DNA of 64,000 nt, taken from assembly GCA_900314485.1 (NCBI GenBank), contig OMVL01000007.1, positions 3,070 through 67,069 on the forward strand, written 5' to 3'. Below are positions 30,106 to 41,969 of this stretch, piece by piece. Position 1 is the first letter of the stretch. Each line of letters begins with the position of its first letter. The translations under genes and the position numbers were made by a program. The notes under the pieces are model-generated. The model was not told where the DNA came from. It worked only from the letters and a program-made list of their open reading frames with translations, and ran no database searches. Source of the DNA: an uncultured Eubacteriales bacterium (GTDB lineage: Bacteria; Bacillota; Clostridia; Oscillospirales; Oscillospiraceae).

Positions 30106-31542
30106 TTAATCGACAATGCTCTTGTAAATATCCAAATACTCCGCAGCGGACTTATTCCAGCTGAAGTCGGCCTGCATACCCCGCTTCATCAGTCCGGTCC
30201 AGGCCTCCTTGTCCTCAAAGACGGCCAGTGCGCGGTCGATGGCGCCCAGCATATCCTCGCCGTTGATGTTGCCGAAGGTAAAGCCCAGGCCCTCATTGGT
30301 TTCGGGATTGTATGCGGGGACGGAGTCCTTCAATCCGCCGGTAAGACGGACGATGGGAATGGTGCCGTAGCGCAGGGCGATCATCTGGCTCAGGCCGCAG
30401 GGCTCTGCAATGGAGGGCATGAGGAACACGTCAGCGCCGGCATAGATGGCGGAGGAGAGGGGAGCGGAATAGGTGATGTTGGCAGAGACACGGCCTGGAT
30501 AGCGGGCCTGAGCGTTGCGGAAGAACTCCTCGAAGCTCCAGTCACCGGTGCCCAGCAGGACAAACTGCACCTTGGGATTTTCCATGATCCGGTCAAAGGC
30601 GTAGGTGATGAGATCATAGCCCTTGTGGCCCACCAGGCGGGAGATGCTGCCGATAATGACGGCGTCGGGGTCCACCTCCAGACCCAGCTGATCCTGAAGG
30701 GCCCGCTTGCACTCGGCCTTGCCGGAGAGATCGTCCACAGAGAAGTTGGCGGCGATCTTGGGGTCCTTTTCGGGGTCGTATGCCTCCATGTCGATGCCGT
30801 TCAAAATGCCCTTCATCTTAAAGGACTGCTCGAAGATGACGCCCTCCAGACCGTGGGCATAGAAGGCATACTGCAGCTCTCTGGCATAGGTGGGGGAGAC
30901 GGTGGTGACGAAGTTGGAGGCCATAATGGCGCCCTTCATCATATTCACATCGTTGTAGAAGGAGAGCATGCCCTCGTTAAAGTAGGAGTAGTTCAGGCCA
31001 AACACGTCAATGAGCACGGAGTTGCCGTAGCGGCCCTGATACTCGATGTTGTGGATGGTGTAGACGCTCTTGGCGTGGGCCAGCTCCGGAATGGCCCAGC
31101 GGGCCTCCAGCAGATAGACGGGGACCAGGGCGGTCTGCCAGTCGTTGCAGTGAATGATGTCCGGCGCCCAGCCGATCTGGGCGGGAACCTCAATGACGGC
31201 GCGGGAGAAATAGGCGAAGCGCTCGCCGTCGTCAAAGTGGCCGTAGAGCCCGCCCCGCTTGAAGTAGGTCTCGTTGTCCACAAAGTAGTAGGTGACGCCA
31301 AACCGTTTCAGCTCAAACAGGCCGCAGTAGCAGCTGCGCCAGCCCAGCTGGAAATAGAAGTACTTGATAAAGGTCATCTGGCTGCGCCAGTCGTCGCCGA
31401 TGGCGGCATAGAGGGGCAGAATGACCCGGACGTCGTTGTCCTCGTAGGCTGCAAGGGCGCGGGGAAGAGACCCGGCCACGTCTGCCAGACCGCCGGTCTT
31501 GATAAAGGGAACGACCTCAGGGGACGCAAAGAGGATATTCAT
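30106..31542 (-). CDS. glgA: Glycogen synthase
   Basis: KTGGLADV, IHCNDWQT, TIHNIEYQG, EPCGLSQMIA. Confidence 0.97.
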   Translation of the reverse strand: MNILFASPEVVPFIKTGGLADVAGSLPRALAAYEDNDVRVILPLYAAIGDDWRSQMTFIKYFYFQLGWRSCYCGLFELKRFGVTYYFVDNETYFKRGGLYGHFDDGERFAYFSRAVIEVPAQIGWAPDIIHCNDWQTALVPVYLLEARWAIPELAHAKSVYTIHNIEYQGRYGNSVLIDVFGLNYSYFNEGMLSFYNDVNMMKGAIMASNFVTTVSPTYARELQYAFYAHGLEGVIFEQSFKMKGILNGIDMEAYDPEKDPKIAANFSVDDLSGKAECKRALQDQLGLEVDPDAVIIGSISRLVGHKGYDLITYAFDRIMENPKVQFVLLGTGDWSFEEFFRNAQARYPGRVSANITYSAPLSSAIYAGADVFLMPSIAEPCGLSQMIALRYGTIPIVRLTGGLKDSVPAYNPETNEGLGFTFGNINGEDMLGAIDRALAVFEDKEAWTGLMKRGMQADFSWNKSAAEYLDIYKSIVD

Positions 31543-31560
31543 ACGATCGACTCCTTTTCG

Positions 31561-32682
31561 TTAAATTTTGGTGCCCTTGGCGTAGACAATGGGATAGGTC
31601 TCGCAGCCGGACAGGGTGCGGTTTGCGCCGATGGAGACGGACTTGTCGCAGATGACGCAGTTCAGGCTGGCGTTTGGTCCCACCTCCACGTCCTTCATCA
31701 GGATGCAGTTTTTGACCACGGCGCCCTTGGCGATCTTCACGTTGCGGAAGATGATGGAATTTTCCACCGTGCCCTCAATAACACAGCCGTCCGAGATCAT
31801 AGAACCCACCACCTTGGACTCCGGGCCGTAATAGGCGGCGGGGTCGGAGCGGTCCTTGGAGCGGATGGGATGGGCGGGATTGAACAGGTCGTCCCGGACC
31901 TCCTTCTTCAGCAGATCCATGCTCTTTGCAAAGTAGTCTGCCACAGTGGGGAACCGGGCGGCATAGCCCTGGAAGAGATAGGGTACCACCCTCAGCCCCA
32001 GTTTATCCTTCAGGGGCAGCACCTGACGGGAGAAGGAGTTGAGTCCCCGGGCGGCGGAGTAGTCCACCAGCTCGATCATCTTGTTCTTGCTGAGGACATA
32101 GATGCTGAGAGACTCATAGCAGTCTCCCTCCGGCCGGGTCAGCACCTGGTCGGCGGAGCCGTCTTCCTTCAGGGTGAAGTAGGTGGCGTAGTCCGGGCTG
32201 TCCGTAAACTTTTTGGAGCAGACTACGGAGACATCGGCTCCGGAGGCGATGTGCTTTTCAAACACATCCTCCAAAGAGATGTTCAGCACGATGTCGGCGT
32301 CGGCTACGATCAGGTACTCCTGCTTGATTTCGCTCAGGTAGTCCTTCAGGCCGATGAGCGCCTCCATCTTGCCCTGATAGATCCGCCGCTGGGAGTTGGA
32401 ATTGACCATGGAGAAGGGGGGCAGCAGCCGCAGGCCGCCCCGGCGGCGGGCCAGATCCCAGTCCTTACCGGAGCCCAGATGGTCCAGCAGCGACTGATAG
32501 CCCTGCTGGAGGACAACGCCGATGTCGGTAATGCCGTCGTCCACCATGTTGGAGAGGACAAAGTCCACCAGACGATACCGGCCGCCGTAGGGCACGGAAG
32601 AGATGGAGCGGATGGAGGACAGGTCCTTCAGATTATAACCGGGCTGGTTGGTCATCAAAATACCATGAACATTGTTCAGCAT
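31561..32682 (-). CDS. glgD: Glucose-1-phosphate adenylyltransferase subunit GlgD
   Basis: [27 protein letters not shown]; C-terminal beta-helix. Confidence 0.93.
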   Translation of the reverse strand: MLNNVHGILMTNQPGYNLKDLSSIRSISSVPYGGRYRLVDFVLSNMVDDGITDIGVVLQQGYQSLLDHLGSGKDWDLARRRGGLRLLPPFSMVNSNSQRRIYQGKMEALIGLKDYLSEIKQEYLIVADADIVLNISLEDVFEKHIASGADVSVVCSKKFTDSPDYATYFTLKEDGSADQVLTRPEGDCYESLSIYVLSKNKMIELVDYSAARGLNSFSRQVLPLKDKLGLRVVPYLFQGYAARFPTVADYFAKSMDLLKKEVRDDLFNPAHPIRSKDRSDPAAYYGPESKVVGSMISDGCVIEGTVENSIIFRNVKIAKGAVVKNCILMKDVEVGPNASLNCVICDKSVSIGANRTLSGCETYPIVYAKGTKI

Positions 32683-33878
32683 GACGCATCACCGCCTTTC
32701 GATTCTTCGGTATACATGGCTCCGGCAGACACCTCGGCGCCTGCGTCCACTACGACGCCGCCGGCCACCACGGCAATGGGGCCTTTGTCCTCGCCTACTA
32801 CGGCGTTTTCTTCCACCACGGCGTTCTCTGCCAAAATGGCGTATTCCACATGGGCGCCGGCCTTGATCACGGTGCCGGGCATCAGCACGGAATAGCGCAC
32901 CTCAGCGCCGGCCTCAATGGTCACATTTTCAAAAATGACCGAATTGTCCACCGTGCCGTCAATGCTGCAGCCGCCGGCCACCAGAGAGTGGGTGATGACG
33001 GCATCGGGGCCGGAGACATGGGGCGGGCAGATGTTGGTCCGGGCGAAGATGGGCCAGCTCTTGTCAAACACCCGGATGCCGGAGTTGATGTCCAGCAGGT
33101 CCATATTGGCGTCCCACAGAGAGGCGATGGTACCCACATCCTTCCAGTAGCCGCTGAAGCGATAGGCCACACAGGTCTCCCCCTTGGCGATCAGGTTGGG
33201 AATAATGTTGCCGCCGAAGTCATTTTTGGAGGCGGGGTCGTTCTCGTCCTCGATCAGAGCCTGACGGAGCTTAGACCAGGTGAAGATGTAGATGCCCATA
33301 GAGGCCAGATTGCTCTTCGGGTGCTTGGGCTTTTCCTCGAACTCGTAGATGACGTCGTTCTCGTCCACGTTCATAATGCCGAAGCGGGTGGCCTCCTCCA
33401 GGGTGACCTCCAGCACGGAGATGGTGGCGGCGGCATGCTGACGCTTGTGGTAGTCCAGCATCTTGTCGTAGTCCATCTTGTAAATGTGGTCGCCGGAGAG
33501 GATGAGGACATATTCCGGGTCGTACATGTCGATGAAGTCGATGTTCTGATAGATGGCGTTGGCGGTGCCCTTGTACCAGGAGCCCTGCTCGCCGGCGCCC
33601 AGATAGGGGGGCAGCACATGGACGCCGCCGTCAGATTTGTCCAGGTCCCAGGGCTGGCCGTTGCCCAGATAGGCGTTGAGCTCCATGGGGCGGTACTGGG
33701 TCAGTACGCCTACCGTATCAATGCCGGAGTTGACGCAGTTGGACAGGGGAAAGTCGATGATCCTGTACTTGGAGCCGAAGGGGACGGCGGGTTTTGCCAC
33801 GTTGCGGGTCAGTGCGTACAGCCGGGAGCCCTGTCCGCCGGCCAGCAGCATGGCGACACATTCCTTCTTCATGTTCAT
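32676..33878 (-). CDS. glgC: Glucose-1-phosphate adenylyltransferase
   Basis: [37 protein letters not shown]. Confidence 0.96.
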   Translation of the reverse strand: MNMKKECVAMLLAGGQGSRLYALTRNVAKPAVPFGSKYRIIDFPLSNCVNSGIDTVGVLTQYRPMELNAYLGNGQPWDLDKSDGGVHVLPPYLGAGEQGSWYKGTANAIYQNIDFIDMYDPEYVLILSGDHIYKMDYDKMLDYHKRQHAAATISVLEVTLEEATRFGIMNVDENDVIYEFEEKPKHPKSNLASMGIYIFTWSKLRQALIEDENDPASKNDFGGNIIPNLIAKGETCVAYRFSGYWKDVGTIASLWDANMDLLDINSGIRVFDKSWPIFARTNICPPHVSGPDAVITHSLVAGGCSIDGTVDNSVIFENVTIEAGAEVRYSVLMPGTVIKAGAHVEYAILAENAVVEENAVVGEDKGPIAVVAGGVVVDAGAEVSAGAMYTEESKGGDASC

Positions 33879-33884
33879 TCACCT

Positions 33885-35810
33885 CTATATTATTGTGATT
33901 CGTGCAGGCTGAGTCATGCTTAAAATGTTATATTCAGACGCAGGGCGCCGAAATATACGCAGATCCGCCAAAATGGAGTCTGGACGGTCGTGACAGGCCA
34001 GGGGGGCGCTGGGGATCTGCTGCCTGGACACCCGGCTGCAGCCGCCGAACTCGGTGCTGTCGGTGTGGAAGACCACCTGATACACCCCCGGCCTGGGGAC
34101 GCCCAGCCGATAGCCGATGCGGTCCGTCAGGGAGAAATTGAGCACCACCAGAAGGCTGTTTCCCGCCTTGTCACGGCGGAGATAAGCGATGATATTGCGG
34201 GGAGCGTCGTCCGAGCTGATCCACTGGAAGCTGTCCGAACTGTCGTCAATGTCCCAGAGAGGAGCGTTTTCCAGATAGAACCGATTGGCCGAGCGGAAAA
34301 ACGCCTGATGCTGGCGGAAGGGCTGGTACTCCAGCAGATGCCAGTCCAGAGAATAGTTGTGATCCCACGGCCGGAACTGGCCGAACTCCGTTCCCATCAT
34401 CACCAGCTTTTTTCCGGGATGGGTGAGCATATAGAGGTAAAACGCCCGCACACCGGCGAATTTCATAGCGTCCTCACAGGAGGTGTACTCCATCAGCGAG
34501 TGATTGCGGCAGACGGTCTCGTCATGGGAGATGGGGAGAATAAACTGCTGGTCAAAGGCAAACTCCAGCGGTTTGGTCAGATCCCCGTGGTTGCTCTGGC
34601 GGTAAATGGGGTCCAAATGGGCGTAGTGAAGTGCGTCGTGGGCCCAGCCCATGTTCCACTGGAAGGTAAAGCCCAGGGCAAAGGGGCCGGACTCCGGCTC
34701 GGAGGTCATGCTGCGCCAGACGGTGGTCTCCTCTGCGGCGGTAATGACGGCGGGGAACTGGCTGTGAATGGCGGTGTTCAGATGGCGGAGGAAAACCACC
34801 GCCTGCAAATTCCGCTCTCCATCCGTCCAGTCCGGATGCCACAGGCCCTTGTCGTAGCCCAGATAGATCACAGAGGAAGCGCCGTCCATCCGCAGTCCGT
34901 CGATGTGGTACTGCCGAATCCAAAACAGGGCGCAGGAGGTGAGAAAGGACTGCACCTCGCCCTTGCCAAAGTCGAAGCACTTAGTGCGCCAGACCGGCAG
35001 GTCGGCCTGTTTGGGGTCGTCGCTTTCAAAGCAGGGCGTACCGTCAAACTGGGCCAGTCCGTGGGGATCCGTGGGGAAATGAGCCGGCACCCAGTCCAGC
35101 AGTACGGCGACGCCCGCCTGATGGAGCTGGTCAACGAGGTACATAAAGTCGTGAGGCGTACCAAAGCGGCTGGTGGGAGCAAAATAGCCGGTACACTGAT
35201 AGCCCCACGTAGCATCCGCAGAATGTTCCATCACGGGAAGAAATTCCACGGCAGTAAAGCCCATCTCCTTGACGTAGGGAACCAGCCATTTGGCAATTTC
35301 CCGATAGGACAGGTACCGCCCGTCCCCCGTCCGGCGCCAGGAGCCAAGGTGCAGCTCGTAGATATTCAGCGCCTGACGCCTGACGTCCCGGCGGCTGCGA
35401 AATTCCAGCCACGGCCCGTCATTCCAGTCGTAGCCGGACAGATCAAACAGCTTGGAGCAGACACCCGGCCGGGTCTCGGCATGGAAAGCGAAGGGGTCGG
35501 ACTTCCGGATCCGCTTGCCGCTCTGAGTCTCAATCAGATACTGATAGCTGTCAAAGGTTTGCAGACCGGGGGCAAAGCACTCCCAAATGCCGCCGGAAAG
35601 GGCGTGCATGGGGTAGTTGTCCGCCGTCCAGCCGTTGAAGGGGCCGGCAACATGGACGGACCGGGCGTTAGGCGCCCAGACACGAAAAAGCCAGCCGGAC
35701 TGCTCTTCCCGCCGGGCGGGATGCGCACCGAAAAATTCGTATGCGCAGTCACAGCTGCCGCTCAAAAAAGCATCAATGTGGGTACTGGTCAGGGATTGTA
35801 CTGCCTTCAT
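33885..35810 (-). CDS. glgB: 1,4-alpha-glucan branching enzyme (diverged)
   Basis: WGYQCTGYFAPTSRFG, DWVPAHFP, GLRMDG, AEE, ISHDE, HPGKKL. Confidence 0.9.
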   Translation of the reverse strand: MKAVQSLTSTHIDAFLSGSCDCAYEFFGAHPARREEQSGWLFRVWAPNARSVHVAGPFNGWTADNYPMHALSGGIWECFAPGLQTFDSYQYLIETQSGKRIRKSDPFAFHAETRPGVCSKLFDLSGYDWNDGPWLEFRSRRDVRRQALNIYELHLGSWRRTGDGRYLSYREIAKWLVPYVKEMGFTAVEFLPVMEHSADATWGYQCTGYFAPTSRFGTPHDFMYLVDQLHQAGVAVLLDWVPAHFPTDPHGLAQFDGTPCFESDDPKQADLPVWRTKCFDFGKGEVQSFLTSCALFWIRQYHIDGLRMDGASSVIYLGYDKGLWHPDWTDGERNLQAVVFLRHLNTAIHSQFPAVITAAEETTVWRSMTSEPESGPFALGFTFQWNMGWAHDALHYAHLDPIYRQSNHGDLTKPLEFAFDQQFILPISHDETVCRNHSLMEYTSCEDAMKFAGVRAFYLYMLTHPGKKLVMMGTEFGQFRPWDHNYSLDWHLLEYQPFRQHQAFFRSANRFYLENAPLWDIDDSSDSFQWISSDDAPRNIIAYLRRDKAGNSLLVVLNFSLTDRIGYRLGVPRPGVYQVVFHTDSTEFGGCSRVSRQQIPSAPLACHDRPDSILADLRIFRRPASEYNILSMTQPARITII

Positions 35811-36036
35811 GTGGTCCTCTCCTTTTCAAGCACGGGGAGAAGGCCATTGCACGGGTAGGCAGTATCCCCTGTCCTAAAAACAGAAAGTTGTTTGTAAGAA
35901 TTATACAACGGAAAAAATCAACCGTCAAGGGGAGAGGGGAGAAGTGCACAATAATTTAGAAAAAACAAGAAACAAACGGGGCAATCCGACAAAAAACGCC
36001 CTCCGCTTCAGCAGAGGGCGTTTCGCTTGCGTCCGG

Positions 36037-37779
36037 TTACAGGACATATTTCTGAGAGAAGTGCTCGTAATCCGCATGATAGTCCCCGTCTGCGGAGTGG
36101 TGAACGGAGTGGACATACCGGTGGGGATCGTAGCTGTTGTGCTGCATCTCCACCACGCAGGCGGCGATGTTGGAGCAGTGGTCGGAGACGCGGCAGAAGT
36201 TAGAGATCAGATCGGTGAAGATAAATCCGCTGTCCACGGAGCAACGGCCTGCCTTGAGCCGGTCAATGTGGTGGTTTCTCAGCTGGTCGCCCATCTCGTC
36301 CACCACTTCCTCCAGCGGCTCCACCCGGCGGGCGGCCTCGACGTTGTTGGTGGAGAAGGAGGCGATGCAGAGACTCAGGGCTTCGGAGACAGCGGAGGCC
36401 ATCCGTTTCAGCTCCTCCTTTGCGTGGTCAGAAAAGGTGTTGGGCTTGCTTGCGGCGGCGTGGAGAGAGATGAGGATGCTCACTGCGTGGTCACTGATGC
36501 GCTCGAAGTCGCTGATGGTGTGGAGCATGGTGGACAGGGCTCGATTCTCCGTCTCGGTCAGGTTGAGGCCGGAGAGCTTGACCAGGTAAGTGCCCAGCAC
36601 GTCCTCCCGCACATCGATGGTCTTTTCCAGCTCACGGACCCGCTCCGCCACCTTGTCATCCCACGCATCCAGCAGGGAGACGGCGTCGTTGAAGGTGTCC
36701 TGGGCCATGAGGGCGGTCTCTACCGTGACCCGCTGCGCCTGGGCCAGGGCCACGGCGGGGGTTGCCATGAGACGCTCGTCCAAAAGGGGCTTTTCCGCCT
36801 CCTTGTTGTCCTTGACAGTCAGGCAGACCAGCTTTTCCAGCAGCCCGGTAAAGGGCAGCATAGCCACGCCGCAGATCAGCTTATAGGCGGTGTGGAACAC
36901 GGCGATGCTCACGGGACTGACTGCGCTGTCCAAAATCGTCAGGGGGAAGAACAGGTCCGCAATGACGAAGATGAGCATAAACAGCAGCATATTGATGATG
37001 TTAAAATAGAGGTAGACAAAGCTGGTCCGGCGGGCCTCCTTGCTGGCGCCGATGGAGGAGAGAAGGATGGGGACAGAGGCGCCGATGTTCATGCCCAGGA
37101 TCAGGGGGATAGCGGCGCCCAGAGTGATGCTGCCCGTGACAGAGAGAGCCTGTAAAACGCCGATAGAGGCGGAGGAAGACTGCATAATGGCGGTGAGCAC
37201 AGCGCCCACCAGCACGCCGATGACCGGGTTTGAGAAAAGGACAAAGAGATTGGTAAAGGCGGGAACGTCCTTCAGTCCTTCCACGGCGGTGGACATGGTG
37301 TCCATGCCCACCATTAAAACGGCAAAGCCCAGCAGCACTCCGGCCACATTCTTCCGCCGTCCGGATTTTTCAAAAACCAGGAAGTACACGCCGGCCAGGG
37401 CCAAGATGGGCACCCAGGAGGAGGGCTTGAGCAGCTGGATGAAAAAGCCGGCTCCGTTGATGCTGGTCAGCGACACCAGCCAGCCGGTGACGGTGGTACC
37501 CACGTTTGCGCCGATGATCAGGCTGATGGCCTGCTGCAGGGTCATGATGCCGGAGTTGACGAAGCCCACCACCATCACCGAGGTGGCGGAGGAGGACTGG
37601 ATAATGGCCGTGACAACAAAGCCGAGAAAGAAGCCCCGGAGAGGGCTGGCGGTCAGCTTTTCCAAGATGCCCTGCAGCCGTCCGCCGGCGCAGCTCTCCA
37701 GTCCGTCGCCCATGTAGTCCATGCCGAAAAGAAACATGGCAAGGCCCAGGAAAAAGCTCAGGAGATCGAATATGTCCAT
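36037..37779 (-). CDS. Na/Pi cotransporter family protein with PhoU domains
   Basis: Two QSSS repeats, GANVGTT/GMNIGAS, DFERISDH, RVSDHCSNIA. Confidence 0.93.
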   Translation of the reverse strand: MDIFDLLSFFLGLAMFLFGMDYMGDGLESCAGGRLQGILEKLTASPLRGFFLGFVVTAIIQSSSATSVMVVGFVNSGIMTLQQAISLIIGANVGTTVTGWLVSLTSINGAGFFIQLLKPSSWVPILALAGVYFLVFEKSGRRKNVAGVLLGFAVLMVGMDTMSTAVEGLKDVPAFTNLFVLFSNPVIGVLVGAVLTAIMQSSSASIGVLQALSVTGSITLGAAIPLILGMNIGASVPILLSSIGASKEARRTSFVYLYFNIINMLLFMLIFVIADLFFPLTILDSAVSPVSIAVFHTAYKLICGVAMLPFTGLLEKLVCLTVKDNKEAEKPLLDERLMATPAVALAQAQRVTVETALMAQDTFNDAVSLLDAWDDKVAERVRELEKTIDVREDVLGTYLVKLSGLNLTETENRALSTMLHTISDFERISDHAVSILISLHAAASKPNTFSDHAKEELKRMASAVSEALSLCIASFSTNNVEAARRVEPLEEVVDEMGDQLRNHHIDRLKAGRCSVDSGFIFTDLISNFCRVSDHCSNIAACVVEMQHNSYDPHRYVHSVHHSADGDYHADYEHFSQKYVL

Positions 37780-38070
37780 GAGTTGATCTACCTCCAAATG
37801 TGTCTCAGAAAAGACAGGGGGTGGCGGAAGTGACAAAATTTCGTTGGCGCACCGCATTTTCAGCGATACAACAATATTATAAACGAAAGGGCGAGAAAAA
37901 GTAAATAGCAAACTAAAACTTTGTTAAAAGTACAAAAAATGAGACCTGCTGTCGGGGCAAGCAGGCAGATCTTTGGGTAAAAAAGCAAAACGCCGGGAAA
38001 ACTTGCGCTTTTTCCGAAGAAGCGGTATGATAAAAGCCGAAAGCAACAGAACTGATTCGAGGGAAAAGGG

Positions 38071-38346
38071 ATGAATTACGTGTATATCCTCCGCTGCGCT
38101 GACGGCACTTTGTATACCGGCAGCACGACCGATTTAGACCGCCGTCTGGCTGTCCATAACTCCGGCAAGGGAGCGAAATATACCCGTTCCCGCCGCCCGG
38201 TAGAGCTGATCTACCACGAGGAGCTGGAGAGCTGGTCTGCCGCTCTGCGGCGGGAAGCTGCCATCAAAAAGCTGACCCGGGAGGAGAAGCTGGGTTTGGT
38301 GGAGCGCAACAGAAAAACGCCGCCCCCGGAAGAAATTACCGGTTGA
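38071..38346 (+). CDS. Small GIY-YIG nuclease family protein (UPF0213/YhbQ-like)
   Basis: YVYILRCADGTLYTGST..RR...HNSGKGAKYTRSRRPV. Confidence 0.93.
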   Translation: MNYVYILRCADGTLYTGSTTDLDRRLAVHNSGKGAKYTRSRRPVELIYHEELESWSAALRREAAIKKLTREEKLGLVERNRKTPPPEEITG

Positions 38347-38377
38347 CGGCGGGGATACATTCTATATATAATTGCCA

Positions 38378-38457
38378 TCAGAAAGAGAGCAGCGCACCCC
38401 CGTGCGCCCGGGCAGACCCAGCGTTGTACCGTCGGAGGTTTCCGGCGGTATCTTTTT
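38378..38457 (+). ncRNA. Candidate ~80-nt small RNA
   Basis: TTGACG-18-TATAAT promoter at 38343-38372; terminator TACCGTCGG-aggttt-CCGGCGGTA plus T-tract; no credible ORF. Confidence 0.4.
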
Positions 38458-38469
38458 GTCCTGCCCAAA

Positions 38470-38700
38470 CAAAAAGCTGAACTCCCGTCCTCTTCTTCCT
38501 GTGGACGGGAGCTCAGCGGGCTTCCTTGGGTTCTACCATATTGTTCATAACCTCTCTTTCTACAGATTTTGCCTTGCCCTCCCGCATCTGATTCCTCAGC
38601 GTTCCCTGCGGCTTCGGGCCGGTGAGACGGCGATCCGTCCGGAAAGCCATTCACCAATGGGCTTTGTTCCTGTACATTGGAATCACCCTTTCTGTTTGTG
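38470..38700 (-). ncRNA. Candidate ~230-nt small transcript carrying mini-ORFs
   Basis: TTGACA-17-TAATAT promoter at 38734-38706; strong 15-bp terminator at 38474-38517 plus T-tract. Confidence 0.5.
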
Positions 38701-38960
38701 CTATTATATTACCACGGCCCTCTGATTCTGTCAATACTTTTTTGAAAAATAATTTAAAAAAGTTTTCGCTGCGCCGAACGGAATGAATGTGACGGACGAC
38801 TTGCAAAAATGAAAGTTGAATCATGCACGGGCAGCAAAAATGACGGATGACCTGCATGAAAAAGGTTCATAAAAGAGGAAGAAAGCGGCGGTAAACGGCA
38901 TTATTTGAAAAAACTACAAAAAAATATGAAATTCATCTTGCATAAAATTGCATTTGCGAG

Positions 38961-40487
<1,527 letters not shown>

Positions 40488-40508
40488 TTTAACCCCTATA
40501 AACTGTTT

Positions 40509-40541
40509 CGAGCGCCTCCCGCAAGGGAGGCGCTCGTTCTT
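40509..40541 (+). terminator. gdhA terminator
   Basis: CGAGCGCCTCCC-gcaa-GGGAGGCGCTCG followed by TTCT. Confidence 0.8.
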
Positions 40542-40563
40542 CGTAAGTGCGGCGGTTGTCGGC

Positions 40564-40632
40564 GGGCGATTCATGAATCGCCCCTACGAATGTCTACCGG
40601 AAACGGTTTGTGGGGCCGTTCACGAACGGCCC
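40564..40632. repeat. GTAG-family REP doublet (second locus)
   Basis: GGGCGATTCATGAATCGCCCCTAC, 22-bp spacer, GTGGGGCCGTTCACGAACGGCCC. Confidence 0.8.
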
Positions 40633-40639
40633 ACCTGTT

Positions 40640-40801
40640 TCAGGACTGCTCCTCCCCGCCGGTATACACCTCCTCCGCCTCCAGCAGCGCCTCTTGCAGC
40701 ACTGCCCGGCCCAGTCGGTTGCCGTCATTCTCCGGCAGAAGATCCAACGCTTTGGAAGCCGCCGTGCATAAAATCTGGTACATCGTCTTGTAGTCGATCA
40801 T
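40640..40801 (-). CDS. 53-aa small acidic helical protein (MIDYKTMYQILCTAASKAL...)
   Basis: GGGGGTG RBS; divergent from the XRE gene; tail of track ORF 40640..41044. Confidence 0.7.
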   Translation of the reverse strand: MIDYKTMYQILCTAASKALDLLPENDGNRLGRAVLQEALLEAEEVYTGGEEQS

Positions 40802-40822
40802 ATCATCACCCCCCTGTTGCGT

Positions 40823-40871
40823 GCTACTAAATTGTAGCATATTTCCAAGAGAAAAGCTACAGAATAGTAGC
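40823..40871. promoter_or_regulatory. Twin palindromic operators GCTAC-N6-GTAGC
   Basis: Copies at 40823-40838 and 40856-40871, 33 bp apart, between the divergent genes. Confidence 0.7.
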
Positions 40872-40893
40872 ATTCCTCTTGGAGGGATGTGAC

Positions 40894-41097
40894 ATGTACT
40901 TTCAAAGATTGGAAGACCTGCGCACTGACGCAGATAAGACACAGCAGGAGATTGCGGATATTCTTCACTGCAAGCGAGAGGTATATCGCCGCTACGAAAA
41001 GGGCATCCACGAGATCCCTGTATGGGCTGTGATTGAGCTGGCAAAATATTACCATGTCAGCACGGACTATCTTTTGGGACTATCCGACAAGCGTTAA
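40894..41097 (+). CDS. XRE/HTH_3 transcriptional regulator (67 aa)
   Basis: RLEDLR...TQQEIADIL...YRRYEKG..EIP...LAKYYHVSTDYLLGL; GGAGGG RBS. Confidence 0.92.
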   Translation: MYFQRLEDLRTDADKTQQEIADILHCKREVYRRYEKGIHEIPVWAVIELAKYYHVSTDYLLGLSDKR

Positions 41098-41163
41098 GAA
41101 CATAAGAAGCGCCTCCCCGTCCGGGGGGGCGCTCGTTTTATGCTTAGAGTACGGAGGTAATCG

Positions 41164-41225
41164 ACCTCATCCACCATTGGCGGCTGATGAGCCGCCAATG
41201 GTTCCCCTTCCCCAGAGGGGAAGGC
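41164..41225. repeat. CCTC-type double-hairpin repeat (single copy)
   Basis: ACCTCATCC, hairpin ACCATTGGCGGC/GCCGCCAATGGT, then CCTTCCCC-aga-GGGGAAGG. Confidence 0.55.
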
Positions 41226-41245
41226 TTTTTTCTCTTTAGATGCCC

Positions 41246-41827
41246 TCAGTTTTCCCCCTCCAGGAAATAGGTCGCCTCCATGTCGGCAACGGAGAGGGCG
41301 AAGGCCAGGGGGAACATCTGAAACGCCTTGCCCACGCTGCCCTTGTCCTCATTTCCGGAAAAGCCCATGTGATAGCGGATGGCGAAGGCCTCCTCCCTTG
41401 TCAGCCGGAGGTAGCCGTTGACGATGTAGACGCTCTTCTCCCCGTGGCCATAGGGCAGGGGGTCGTCAAACTGGTAGGAGGGCACCTTTGTCCACTGCCC
41501 GTCCTCCCCCTTGACGTTGCGGAAGGTCTTCTTATAGCACCCCGCCTTGCACACGTCGTGTAAGAGCGCCACCAAAGCGATGGTCTCCGGGGTGTACTCC
41601 AATCCGTACAGCTCGTTCACCCGCTCCCGGCTCAAATAGTCCGCCAGACAGTGGTAGACGTTGAGGCTGTGCTCACACAGTCCCCCCTCATAGGCCCCGT
41701 GATACCGGGCGGAGGCGGGGGCGGTGAAAAAATCGCTCTTATTGGTCAGGTAGTCCAGCAGAGCGTCCGCTCCCGGGCGGGTGATGTTCTCTTTAAAAAT
41801 CTCAATAAATTCCTCTTTGCAGGACAT
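41246..41827 (-). CDS. HD-domain hydrolase
   Basis: APASARYH, GGLCEHS, LLHDVCK, HGEKSV, AIRYHMG. Confidence 0.88.
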   Translation of the reverse strand: MSCKEEFIEIFKENITRPGADALLDYLTNKSDFFTAPASARYHGAYEGGLCEHSLNVYHCLADYLSRERVNELYGLEYTPETIALVALLHDVCKAGCYKKTFRNVKGEDGQWTKVPSYQFDDPLPYGHGEKSVYIVNGYLRLTREEAFAIRYHMGFSGNEDKGSVGKAFQMFPLAFALSVADMEATYFLEGEN

Positions 41828-41969
41828 GAGGTATCCTCCTTGTCGTATTGTTTGGCATGATTATAGCATAGGCAAAGTCCCATAGTAAGCCCCATCCGCC
41901 AAAAAGGAACCAAAAAAGCCGCCGTCACATAGGATAAACCAGCCGCATATTGCGGTAAGGAGGCCTTAC

